Virus record (IMG/VR): IMGVR_UViG_3300005512_000014
Length of the DNA stretch: 64,000 bases
Strand: one strand, 5' to 3'
Source of the DNA: an uncultured virus (IMG/VR IMGVR_UViG_3300005512_000014)
Lineage: Duplodnaviria > Heunggongvirae > Uroviricota > Caudoviricetes
The translations under genes and the position numbers were made by a program. Shown piece after piece: positions 47,770 to 57,473 of the stretch. Under the pieces are notes generated by a model. It was not told where the DNA came from, made no database searches, and worked only from the letters and a program-made list of their open reading frames with translations. Within the stretch, counting starts at the first letter, position 1. Every line of letters starts with the position of its first letter.

Positions 47770-47892
47770 ATGTATGACGAGAACGGATGGTGGCGACCCA
47801 TCGACGGCTGGGAAGCACAACTCCAATACGGCATACTCGCCGTATGCCTCATCGCACTCATAGCCCTCATTACCTACCGAAAGGACACCTGA
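47770..47892 (+). CDS. 40-aa membrane peptide
   Basis: Read by hand: MYDENGWWRP...GILAVCLIALIALITYRKDT; RBS AAGGAG; TGATG coupling. Confidence 0.6.
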   Translation: MYDENGWWRPIDGWEAQLQYGILAVCLIALIALITYRKDT

Positions 47893-49352
47893 TGACGACC
47901 CTTGCCGACATGCTGAGTGGCGTAACCACGCCACCTGCCCCACGTGGGACATTCACCATCGACGCGCCTGCACCCGACCTGCAACTACCGCTGTACGACT
48001 TCCAGAGCGAGGCATTGGACTTCATTGTCCAACGCCGTCGTGCATATATCGCATACGATATGGGTCTGGGTAAGACCCCCATTGGTATCGCTACCGCATC
48101 GCGTATCGCTGCCAACGGTGGCAAGACTCTGATCGTCGTACCCTCGTCACTGCGCACCAACTGGAAGCGCGAGATCACTAAGTTCGCGCCCCACCTCACC
48201 GTTGAGGTACTGGTCGGCAAGACCCCCCACGCGCTACCCGACGTGGACGTGTACGTCATCGGTGAGGCCGTGCTGCAATACTGGCAGATGCCCCTCGTGG
48301 GGCACGTGCAAGCAGTGATCGCTGACGAGGCGCACTTCTATAAGAACAAGAACGCAAAGCGCACCAAAGCATTGCAGGCCATATCAGCCTCAGTGACCGG
48401 CGTGGTCGTGCTTATGTCTGGCACGCCTATCCCTAATGGTCGTCACGAAGAACTCGCACCCCAGATCGACGTGCTGGGTAGCGAGGCATGGGACGGAATC
48501 GGTGGCAAGGGCAAGTTCTGGAACACGTACTGCCCGCCAGACGAATCTGGCTACGGTCGCCAGTCCTGCGACAACGTGGGACTCAACAAGGCCATGACCA
48601 CATCGTTCATGCTGCGCCGACGGCGCGACGAGGTGATCGAACTGCCCAACAAGGGTCGTTCCGTCATCAGCATCGAATCCGACGCTGGCAGTGCACGCAC
48701 CTATCGGCGCATGGAGGCCGACTTCATCGCATGGCTCGCGGAGAACGACGGCAACGTGGCTGGTGCCATGCGTGCCGAAGCACTGATGAAGATGAACGCA
48801 CTGCGCAAGCAGTCCGGCACATGCAAGATCAAGGGCACCGTCGATCACGTCAAGAACATTCTGGACAACGACACGACCGGCGTGTTCATCGTCGCAGAGC
48901 ACCGCGATGTGATGACCCAGTTATACCTTGCTTTGCAGTCATATAACCCTGTATCAGTCGCCGGTGGTATGTCCGACGCTGAGAAGCAGCACGCCATCGA
49001 CTCGTTCACATCCGGTCAGTCGCGTGTTCTCATCGGTCAGATCAAGGCTGCTGGCACCGGACTGACTCTGCACGGTGGTGGACTCAACCGACGTGTCGTC
49101 GTAGCCCAACTGCCGTGGTCGCCATCTGACCTAGTGCAGGCCGAAGACAGGCTGCACCGCATCGGCCAGACCGCCGACGTGGAGGTAGAGATCGCACTGT
49201 CGCATATCGAAAACGAATGGACTATTGACGAACGTCTGTGGTCGCAGTTGGAGATCAAAGCATTCAGCAGTGCATCGACCGTTGACGGCAACGGTCAGTA
49301 TCTCATCGGAGATGACTCCATCTCAGGTGGAGTGCTGGACACGTACAGGTGA
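47892..49352 (+). CDS. SNF2/HARP-like SF2 helicase
   Basis: DMGLGKT, DEAH, SGTP, GTGLTL, QAEDRLHRIGQ. Confidence 0.92.
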   Translation: MTTLADMLSGVTTPPAPRGTFTIDAPAPDLQLPLYDFQSEALDFIVQRRRAYIAYDMGLGKTPIGIATASRIAANGGKTLIVVPSSLRTNWKREITKFAPHLTVEVLVGKTPHALPDVDVYVIGEAVLQYWQMPLVGHVQAVIADEAHFYKNKNAKRTKALQAISASVTGVVVLMSGTPIPNGRHEELAPQIDVLGSEAWDGIGGKGKFWNTYCPPDESGYGRQSCDNVGLNKAMTTSFMLRRRRDEVIELPNKGRSVISIESDAGSARTYRRMEADFIAWLAENDGNVAGAMRAEALMKMNALRKQSGTCKIKGTVDHVKNILDNDTTGVFIVAEHRDVMTQLYLALQSYNPVSVAGGMSDAEKQHAIDSFTSGQSRVLIGQIKAAGTGLTLHGGGLNRRVVVAQLPWSPSDLVQAEDRLHRIGQTADVEVEIALSHIENEWTIDERLWSQLEIKAFSSASTVDGNGQYLIGDDSISGGVLDTYR

Positions 49353-49377
49353 TGCCCCACGTGGGGCACTAAGGGAG

Positions 49378-49406
49378 TTGACAATGTCTTGAGTAACTGA
49401 TAAAAC
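49378..49406 (+). promoter_or_regulatory. Putative SigA promoter
   Basis: TTGACA-17-TAAAAC, 9 bp after palindrome 49353. Confidence 0.5.
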
Positions 49407-49450
49407 CTTGTATACCCAACCAACAAACCAACACAGAAAGAACAACCAAC

Positions 49451-49864
49451 ATGGAAACAACCACCATCAACGGCGTTGACTACGTCAAGAAAGCAGACGT
49501 AGACAACGTCACCTACAGACTTTCAACGAGGTACCAATCCCTCCATCGACTCGCGTCAAGCCTTGTCGAAGAACTCATCACAAACAAGGTGCAAGACGAC
49601 TACAGCGCGCTGACCGACATGATCTACACGTGGGAAGAACACGAGATCAACGTGACCGGTCGACGCGAGTGGAACGTCACCGCCACTGTCACGTTCGACG
49701 TGGAGTTGACCGTCACCGCTGCCAGCGAAGACGAGGCATCAGAAACCGCTGACACCTATCTGGAAAACAGCGTCCACGTGGAGCAGTTATACAGCGACGA
49801 TGACGTTGAGTTCGATTCGTCTTCTCACTCAAGCACTGACGATATCGACGTTCAAGAATCCTGA
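49451..49864 (+). CDS. Acidic hypothetical protein
   Basis: 137 aa; V.AASEDEA.E.A motif. Confidence 0.75.
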   Translation: METTTINGVDYVKKADVDNVTYRLSTRYQSLHRLASSLVEELITNKVQDDYSALTDMIYTWEEHEINVTGRREWNVTATVTFDVELTVTAASEDEASETADTYLENSVHVEQLYSDDDVEFDSSSHSSTDDIDVQES

Positions 49865-49932
49865 CACACAGGGGGCACCTCATTCGGGGTGCCCCCTGCC
49901 CCACGTGGGGCAATCGACCAAGAAAGAGAACA

Positions 49933-51525
49933 ATGTACACAACCATCGACCCATCAGAGCACCCCGACATCCATCGGGGCTATATCAACATCGGTGATGA
50001 GCAAGTGACCGTCACGATCAGCCATGAAGGCATCATCATCGACCTGTACGACGACAAGCACGGCGAGCACGTTGGCACCGTCGCCAGCGCGTTCGATGAG
50101 ATCGCTGAGATCATAACGAGACTCGCCAACCGAGAGAGAGAACAACTGACATGAGCAAAGAAACAATCACCATCGACCTTGCTGACGACCGCGACCTGCG
50201 GGTCATCCTGCACAACGCTCTGCATGCGCATCACGACACGCTCAACAACCGCCGTCGGCAACTCATGCAAGCACTGGAGGACTTGCAGCGAAGCCAGCCA
50301 GACCACCGCGATATACCAATGCTGCGTGAGTCTCACGCCGATGCTGCGGAGCAGTACGAGAGAATGTACGACCTGCTCATCGCTGCTGACCACGGCAGTA
50401 TCGTTATCTCATATGAGGACTATCCAGAGGTATGAGCACCAACATTCATATCGACATAGAAGTTGAGGGGTCGGTTGTGTTCTACGACATGACCGGCGAC
50501 TCCGAAGCAGTGACACGTATCCTGCTCAACCAGTTCGGTGCGACCATATGGTATCGAAAGAATGGTGCCGTATGGTCGTACTACGGCACAGTCATGCAGG
50601 ACTGCCTGCGTGTGCTGCGCGAGACAGACTCTCTTGGCAAACTCTCTTGGCATATCAAGAGGACTGCTAAGAAAGCGACAAACATCACCAACACGCCCCA
50701 CGTGGGGCACTAAAAGGAGAACAACTGACATGAAGTATCAAATCACCGTGCTGGATGAGGTCTACACACACAAGATTGTGGAAGCCGACAGTCCAGAGGC
50801 CATTGAAGATGGCAACTACGAGGTCATCGAAGAGTTTCCCGGAAACGCGGGCGAGTGCGATCAGATCATCACCATTGACGAGATGGAGGACAACTGACCA
50901 TGGATATCAACATCACACGAGTGGCGGTGGAAGCAGAGGTGTCCTGCGACCACTGTGGCAACACTCACTTCATGTCCGTCGATGACGGCGACACCTATTT
51001 CAGCGAGAGCCAGATGGAAGACGCTGTGACCGAGCGACTCAGCGACGAGGGGTGGGAGGACGACCTCTGCCCCGACTGCGTGTTCGAGCGAGATCATCCC
51101 GAGGAGGACAACTGACATGAGTTCATACGACAACTGGAAGACCACCGACCCTGCCCTTGAGAATGAGTGGGACTGGATTCTCGCCTGCGAGGAATACGAG
51201 GAATCACCTGAGTATCAACAAGACCTCGCTGAGTGGCTCAATGCCGTGCGCGAGGCCGACCCCACAGGAGAGTACGACGAGAGCGACTACCAGATCAGCG
51301 ATTGCTACAACAACGCCGTGGAAGACGTGATGAAAGAACAGGAGTACTGATATGAAGCGATATCGACAGACAATGACCATCACGTTTGACGTGTGTGCAG
51401 ACGACGAGCGCGAAGCCACGCGCCTCATCCAAGAGTGCTACGAAGACATGGACACCGTCGACTGGTGGACACCTGACACCACCGTCATCGTCGCAGACAG
51501 CGAATACTTTGACCCCATCAACTGA
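49933..51525 (+). CDS. Run of seven small, mostly acidic hypothetical genes (49933-50154, 50151-50435, 50432-50713, 50730-50897, 50900-51115, 51117-51350, 51352-51525)
   Basis: Tightly coupled ORFs with RBSs; several junctions read ACAACTGAC(C)ATG. Confidence 0.7.
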
Positions 51526-51561
51526 TAGCAAAGTGCCCCACGTGGGGCACTTCTATACGAT

Positions 51562-51590
51562 TTGACAACCTATCAACCACCAAGTAAAGT
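51562..51590 (+). promoter_or_regulatory. SigA promoter for the AAA+/vWA operon
   Basis: TTGACA-17-TAAAGT, 12 bp after palindrome 51534. Confidence 0.72.
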
Positions 51591-51625
51591 ACCCATACCA
51601 ACCAACGACTAAGGAGACAACCAAC

Positions 51626-52948
51626 ATGAAAGCCAAAGACCTGCGCGCCGACATCCCAGTCGTCGTAACATCTGGTCCGTACGAGGGCATGACCGTCACG
51701 GTCAAGAACGCCACTGTTCAGCCCGACGGCACCCCCAACCAGCGCAAGGTGCTGGTGACCATTCCCAGCATCGGACCGAACGGTGCCGATGTCGATGAGT
51801 ACATGCTGCCACGCATGCTAGAGATTCCGCGTGACACGTTCACTCTGCGTTCACCATCGACACCGCCCACACCGGCTCCGCTGCCTGCGCCTGTTCCTGC
51901 CTACGCCAGTTCCAACGCTGAACTTACTGTCATCGAACACGGTGTCGTACAGCACGCAGTCGACATCACCGACCCGATGGACGAGTCACTGGACGAGTTC
52001 CGTCCCGACCCCAACATCGTCAACGAGTACGTTTCTCGTACACTCCCCGGTGGATTGACTGACGTGGAGTACATGCTGGCACTACGTGACCAGCGTGATA
52101 GCCGTGGGTATTCGCCCAACGTAGCACTCGTTGGTGAGACGCAATCTGGCAAGACCATGCTCGTCAGGGTGCTTGCCGTGCTCGCTGCGCAACGTGATGG
52201 GCTTCCAAAGCCCTATCCGGTCTTCACCCTCAACGGTTCTATGGGTATCACCGACTATGAAATGTTCGGTCAGACCTCTGCCGTCATCGAAAACGGTCGT
52301 GAGATGCTCGTCTGGATGGACGGCCTCGTACCTCGCGCACTGAAGTGCGCTGCGATTCTGTACTGTGACGAGTGGAATGCAGTACCGCCCCAGCAAGCGG
52401 TCGCTCTACACCCCATCCTTGACGACCGGCGTGAGTTCACCAACTACCGCCGTGCCGTTCCCGATGGTCACGGTGGGTACCGCCCCGAAGTTGTGCCGGT
52501 GAACCCCAACACGTGGATTATCAGCACCATCAATCCCGGTTACAAGGGGACACAAACCATGGCCGAAGCCAGCACCAACAGGTTCCGCTGGATGCCTTGG
52601 GATTACGATGCCAAGGTGGAGGCTGCTCTCATCCCATCTGAGACCGTGCGCCTCATGGGTCAGGCTCTACGCACCGCTCGCGCAGAGCGCGCCTTGACCG
52701 TGCCCATCGGTACCTCTGCACTTCAGCGGTTCAATGCCGACTGTGCGACCTTTGGTGTCGACAACGCTCTGTGGGTATTCACCGGAATGTTTCCACCCAA
52801 CGAGCGCGACCGTGCCAACACCATCATCGAAGACCGTGGGTTCCTCAACATCTTGCGTGCTGAGTACCCCAACCCAACCTATGCCCCACGTGGGGCAGAC
52901 GACACCGTCAATGATTCAGCAGATCGTTCGTCGGACGCCCCATTCTGA
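51626..52948 (+). CDS. MoxR/CbbQ/CobS-like AAA+ ATPase
   Basis: GETQSGKT, YCDEWN, TINPGY.G...A..NRF. Confidence 0.88.
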   Translation: MKAKDLRADIPVVVTSGPYEGMTVTVKNATVQPDGTPNQRKVLVTIPSIGPNGADVDEYMLPRMLEIPRDTFTLRSPSTPPTPAPLPAPVPAYASSNAELTVIEHGVVQHAVDITDPMDESLDEFRPDPNIVNEYVSRTLPGGLTDVEYMLALRDQRDSRGYSPNVALVGETQSGKTMLVRVLAVLAAQRDGLPKPYPVFTLNGSMGITDYEMFGQTSAVIENGREMLVWMDGLVPRALKCAAILYCDEWNAVPPQQAVALHPILDDRREFTNYRRAVPDGHGGYRPEVVPVNPNTWIISTINPGYKGTQTMAEASTNRFRWMPWDYDAKVEAALIPSETVRLMGQALRTARAERALTVPIGTSALQRFNADCATFGVDNALWVFTGMFPPNERDRANTIIEDRGFLNILRAEYPNPTYAPRGADDTVNDSADRSSDAPF

Positions 52949-52962
52949 TAAGGAGGAATATC

Positions 52963-55038
52963 ATGGCAAAGAAAAAGACAGTACCAAAGCATCTCAAACC
53001 ACAGCGTGGTCTGGGTCAAGAGATTACGAGGGCACGACGTAGCCAGCGTGACATCTTGCGTAAGCGCGAAGAGAACGACCGGATGACGGCAGCAACCAAC
53101 GCACGAGCAGAGATTGAGCGTCTGCGCTCTGCGAACTGTGTCGTTGACCAGTTTTACAAGTGGGCTAACAGCCTCGTCGGTGCAACCGTCGACAGCCAGA
53201 CCGCTGTACTGCGTTCAATGGGTATGAAGCAGGAGGTCTCCTACGAGGTAGGTGTATGGAGTAGTAGCCGTGTAACCGCATGGACGGACTTCTCACGCAT
53301 CTTTCTGTCGTACCCTCGCAACATGGTACCGTCACGCGACTCTCATCGCAGTGCCATCGTTGACACAATCATCGACATACGTGGCCTCATGCAGCATGAG
53401 ATGGGTCACCTGCGCTTCACGGTGCCGTTCAAGACATTGGTTGATCACGACGCTGAGAGCAGCCAGCCTCGCATCCCCGGCATGTACTTGTTTGGAACCG
53501 TCAAGAACGTATGGAACATGCTGGAAGACCAGCGCATGGAAACACTGGTCGTCAGGGATGTGCCCCACATTCGCGATTACTTCACCAAGATGATCTACCG
53601 ACACATCATCAATACGCAGCACAGCACCAACCCATACTGGCCGTGGCTGCTTGTCGCAGGACGCCAGTATCTGCCACGTGATATGCGCCAGTCATGTCGT
53701 GACATGTTCTCTGACGCACTGCCCCACATCGACAGCCAAGAGTGGTTCGACATCGTCGCGAGGTACAAGACCGCTACAACCTACGACACGATGATCGATG
53801 CCATTCTTGAGGCTACTGCTTGGTACAGTCAGATAAATAATGATTCATTTGAGCACCCAACTGAGCATCGTGACCCCCCTACCAACTACGGCGGTCAGAA
53901 GCAGGAGAGCGACGAGAGTGCCGGGGGCGACCCTTCCGATGCTTGCGAGCCTGAGCAGGACGACACCAAGGGGCGTAATCCTAGTAGCGACGACACTGGC
54001 GACGACACTGACAGTGGTACCGGTGACGACATTGGCGACGACACTGGCAGTGGTAACGGTGACGAGCAGAGCGACGACACCGACGATTCCACTGGCGGTG
54101 ATGGTTCTGGTCAGGCAGATGGCAAGTCGCCGGATGACAGCCCAGACAGCGGTGGCAAAAGTGCTGGCGAAGGCGACGGCACCACTACGAATCGTCGTGA
54201 CTTTACTGAAAGTCTGCGTGATGCCGTCAATGACATCAACGACGACCTTGGCAGCAGTCACGAGATCACAGAAACCATCTCCGACGCCAACTGGCGTGCT
54301 GACAGGGAGGGTCTCCCCAGCAAGAACGGTAGTGGTAGCCCGATGCAACTGGACTACGTCGATGAGGCCCTACGTGCCAGCATTGGTATCCAACAAGCAT
54401 TGACTGAGTGCGTGACCACTACGCAACCGGCATGGTTGTCACATCAAGATTCGGGTGCCATTGATGCCCTTTCATACCGTACGAAGCAGGTAGGTGCTCT
54501 TGATTATCACCGCCGTTTGGACGGCGACTTCACATCAGGTCTGGACATTCACGTGTCCATGCTGTGCGACGTGTCGGGTTCCATGGGTTCTAGTTCTACC
54601 GACAGTGGCCGTACCGACATCGAAGAATTGAGTATCGCTATGTACGCCATTCACGATGCCTGCAATGCTCTGGGTATCGGTTCCACGTACGTGCTGTGGT
54701 CTAGCAACGCCAATGCCCATCGTGTGTGGGATTGTGGTTCAGTCGAACCTATGACGTGGTCTGCATCGGGGGGTACTAACCCAGTCATGGCTCTTGACGA
54801 CTTGACCTTCCACAACGAGGAGGGCGCGAGTAAGCACCTCGTCATAGTGTTCACTGACGGTGTGTGGAACAACAACATACCGTCCCTCAGTCGGTGGAGC
54901 ACAGACGACCGTCACATCATTCTCGTTACCCTTGGTTCTTCCCTAAACCAAGACAGGGGTGCCGATGCCAGCGTCGTCGTCAAATCATGCAACGAACTGC
55001 CTAACCAACTGGCTATTGCACTCAAGAGCCTCATCTGA
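52963..55038 (+). CDS. CobT-like protein: HExxH domain, acidic linker, vWA domain
   Basis: HEMGH...N.LED.R.E; D/G-rich linker; MIDAS DVSGSM...GGT...TDG. Confidence 0.85.
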   Translation: MAKKKTVPKHLKPQRGLGQEITRARRSQRDILRKREENDRMTAATNARAEIERLRSANCVVDQFYKWANSLVGATVDSQTAVLRSMGMKQEVSYEVGVWSSSRVTAWTDFSRIFLSYPRNMVPSRDSHRSAIVDTIIDIRGLMQHEMGHLRFTVPFKTLVDHDAESSQPRIPGMYLFGTVKNVWNMLEDQRMETLVVRDVPHIRDYFTKMIYRHIINTQHSTNPYWPWLLVAGRQYLPRDMRQSCRDMFSDALPHIDSQEWFDIVARYKTATTYDTMIDAILEATAWYSQINNDSFEHPTEHRDPPTNYGGQKQESDESAGGDPSDACEPEQDDTKGRNPSSDDTGDDTDSGTGDDIGDDTGSGNGDEQSDDTDDSTGGDGSGQADGKSPDDSPDSGGKSAGEGDGTTTNRRDFTESLRDAVNDINDDLGSSHEITETISDANWRADREGLPSKNGSGSPMQLDYVDEALRASIGIQQALTECVTTTQPAWLSHQDSGAIDALSYRTKQVGALDYHRRLDGDFTSGLDIHVSMLCDVSGSMGSSSTDSGRTDIEELSIAMYAIHDACNALGIGSTYVLWSSNANAHRVWDCGSVEPMTWSASGGTNPVMALDDLTFHNEEGASKHLVIVFTDGVWNNNIPSLSRWSTDDRHIILVTLGSSLNQDRGADASVVVKSCNELPNQLAIALKSLI

Positions 55039-55079
55039 TACAACCGAGTGCCCCACGTGGGGCAAGAGAGGAGACACGT

Positions 55080-56048
55080 ATGGAAACGTACGAACTAGAA
55101 ATACCTGAGGGCAGCATTGAGTACGTCACCGTAGTAGTACGGCATCGTGAGTCTGGTGCTGTGTTCCCTACCAACATTGCTATGGGCGCAGACCTCACCA
55201 TCGACACGACCGGCAAGACACCTCTATCACCGCTGCTCGCCATGTTAGAGACCACGCTGCTGACTGCTAGTGCTGGCCCTCAGTGGATAGCAGACGACTT
55301 GGACACCATCGGTTTCGACCTCATCATCGAAGACGATGATTGCATCATGCCGTCGACCGAATGGGACTGGGAGGGGATGCTCGATGGATGACTTCACACT
55401 TCATGTCATTATCTTTCTTGGCATACCCCTCTTTATGCTTATCGTATGCATAATCATATGCTTTGTATATGCAGGTGAGATATACAACAACGGCAAAGAC
55501 ATCGTGCGTACAATTGCTCAGGAACTCCCTAAGTTCCTGAAATCGCCAGACAAGTACCGCAAGCCATGAGTGAACAGTGTGCTACCGTCTCCTCCGATGG
55601 CAAGGAGGTCAAAGTGTCAAAGAAAAAGTCCACATACGTTTGCAGCAGGTGCGGTAACCGTATTACAATCCTCATCACGCCAGTGCACGCACCAACGTGC
55701 AGCAACCACACAGGTGGAGGCGTGGCGATGAAACTGGTCGAAGACCAGTAACCAACCCAACCACAACAACAAGGAGCCAACATGGCAACAGAAACCAACC
55801 CCACCGACGAGATCAAGGTCATGGACCCCCCTCCACGTAGTCGGAACTCGTCGGGTCGAAGCGGACGCTGGCAGAAGCGCATCCAGCAGGTGACCGACCA
55901 GCACCCCAACGTGTGGGCACTGTTCGCTGAGGGCGTCAAGTCCCCCGCCTACTTCTACCTCTTGTCTGGTAAGTACGATCACATTGAGATCACCACTCGC
56001 CAGCAGGATGACAAGACGTTCGACGTGTATATCAAAGTCAACGTCTGA
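55080..56048 (+). CDS. Four small hypothetical genes (55080-55391, 55384-55569 with TM segment, 55566-55751 Zn-ribbon-like, 55782-56048)
   Basis: Coupled ORFs with RBSs. Confidence 0.6.
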
Positions 56049-56054
56049 CCTACA

Positions 56055-56082
56055 CCACCTGAGCATGTGGCAAAACTGCTCA
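56055..56082 (+). ncRNA. Putative H-type pseudoknot, copy 3 (compensatory change)
   Basis: CCAC-CT-GAGCA-T-GTGG-CAAAAC-TGCTCA. Confidence 0.55.
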
Positions 56083-56107
56083 CCCCACAACCAAAGGAAA
56101 ACCAACC

Positions 56108-56560
56108 ATGCAAACATTCGCCCCCGAAGGTCGACTTATCGACCATGGCTTCCGAGCACTGGACTACCAACGCTTAGGCAAGCAACGTGTTGAGACGTGG
56201 CAGATTCTCAACGTCCTGCGTGGCGTAGACAACGAAGGCAACCCCAAAGACCACAAAGGCTGGGTGCATCACCCTGCCACTCTTATGTGGGAAGGGCATA
56301 TCGCAGCACTTGCTCTCTACGGTATGCGCTGCTGCGAGGAGTGGATCGGACGTGGCTACAACGACACGATGCTTCCCCGATTCACTAACGTATTCAAGTC
56401 ATTCGTATGGTATGGAGACGACCCCTCCATGCCTCTGTTCTTGGACGACATTGCTGACTCGCATAAGTCCAACCTCATTCGCAAAAACCCAGCGTTCTAC
56501 CAACCGCTGTGGCCTCACATGACCGACGACCTGCCATACGTATGGCCGGTTACAGCGTAA
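56108..56560 (+). CDS. Pyrimidine-dimer DNA glycosylase-like protein (MSMEG_6728/DenV family)
   Basis: MQTF.P...LD..RLGKQRVE..QIL...GW..HPA..MW...SH.SNLIRK.P..Y...LPYVWP. Confidence 0.88.
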   Translation: MQTFAPEGRLIDHGFRALDYQRLGKQRVETWQILNVLRGVDNEGNPKDHKGWVHHPATLMWEGHIAALALYGMRCCEEWIGRGYNDTMLPRFTNVFKSFVWYGDDPSMPLFLDDIADSHKSNLIRKNPAFYQPLWPHMTDDLPYVWPVTA

Positions 56561-56747
56561 GGGAATCAAACTGGTACCGCGAGGCTTTATGGGTTTGACG
56601 TTTGCCCCTCCTTTCACTCGTAGGTGATTCCCTCCCCCCTCACTATGTACCTCCTCTAGTCGGGCGGTTACTACACAGTGAGGGGGGCGAACCAGTCTTC
56701 TGAAGAAATAGTTGCAATACCCACAACCAAGGAGTAGTGTTCTACTT

Positions 56748-57356
56748 ATGGAAACCACAACCACACCACAACCAACATCCAACCCCAACCTCCGCGAAGA
56801 GATCATGGACGTGTTCCGTACCTCGCACAAGACGAACCTCACGTTCGCGGATGTCCGATCACAAATCCACCACTCCACCGACGGTGCCGTCCGTCAGTCT
56901 CTCGTCTGGATGGCGAAGCACCCGGCGTGGGGTATCGTCAGGGCCAAGCGAGGCCAGTACCGACTCTCGCCAGACGAGCGTGCCAACCGCGTAGAGACAA
57001 CGCTGAGGGCATACGGTGCACCGCTCACTCGCGCAGAGATCAGCCACCTCATTCCCAGCATGTCGCCCCACGCCATCGATCTTGCCATCGCTACTCTTGC
57101 CAACCGTGGCCTCGTTGTCACACGTGGCATTGCAGGTCGCAAGACATATGAGTACGTAGCGAACGATACGCAGGTCGACGCCATCCCTGAGCCTGAAGAG
57201 GCCACCGAAGAGCCGGTCGTTTCTGGTGACGTATTCACCATCGACATCGACAGCACCTTCATCCTCCACCACGTCAGCGACATGGAGGGCGGTCGTATCC
57301 TCGCCAAGAGCGATGACGGTAAGTTCTACCTCATCAAAGAGGTCAAGTTCGTCTGA
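56748..57356 (+). CDS. Putative tandem winged-helix DNA-binding protein
   Basis: Two HTH-like segments (LTFADVR...RG.Y; LTRAEI...L.NRGLV). Confidence 0.6.
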   Translation: METTTTPQPTSNPNLREEIMDVFRTSHKTNLTFADVRSQIHHSTDGAVRQSLVWMAKHPAWGIVRAKRGQYRLSPDERANRVETTLRAYGAPLTRAEISHLIPSMSPHAIDLAIATLANRGLVVTRGIAGRKTYEYVANDTQVDAIPEPEEATEEPVVSGDVFTIDIDSTFILHHVSDMEGGRILAKSDDGKFYLIKEVKFV

Positions 57357-57380
57357 CGACACCTCCTAGTCAGACGACGC

Positions 57381-57409
57381 AGAGCCGGGGCACTAGCCCC
57401 GGCTCTTTG
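57381..57409 (+). terminator. Intrinsic terminator at the convergence point
   Basis: AGAGCCGGGGC-ACTA-GCCCCGGCTCT-TT between convergent gene blocks. Confidence 0.8.
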
Positions 57410-57473
57410 CGTTACCGCCAGCGGATGTATGCCAGTAACCCAAAGCCAGCCAAGATGTATGCAATAGCAAACG

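Larger units (their letters stand above)
44561..55064. repeat. Dispersed 16-bp palindrome TGCCCCACGTGGGGCA, 15 copies
   Basis: Perfect at 45763, 46004, 46541, 47053, 47738, 49353, 49897, 51534, 52882, 55049. One mismatch at 44561, 45062, 47936, 48289, 50694. Confidence 0.95.

Noticed and set aside
44561..55064. CRISPR array interpretation of the palindromes
   Set aside because: Spacing is irregular (about 200-2200 bp) with whole genes between copies; no cas genes.
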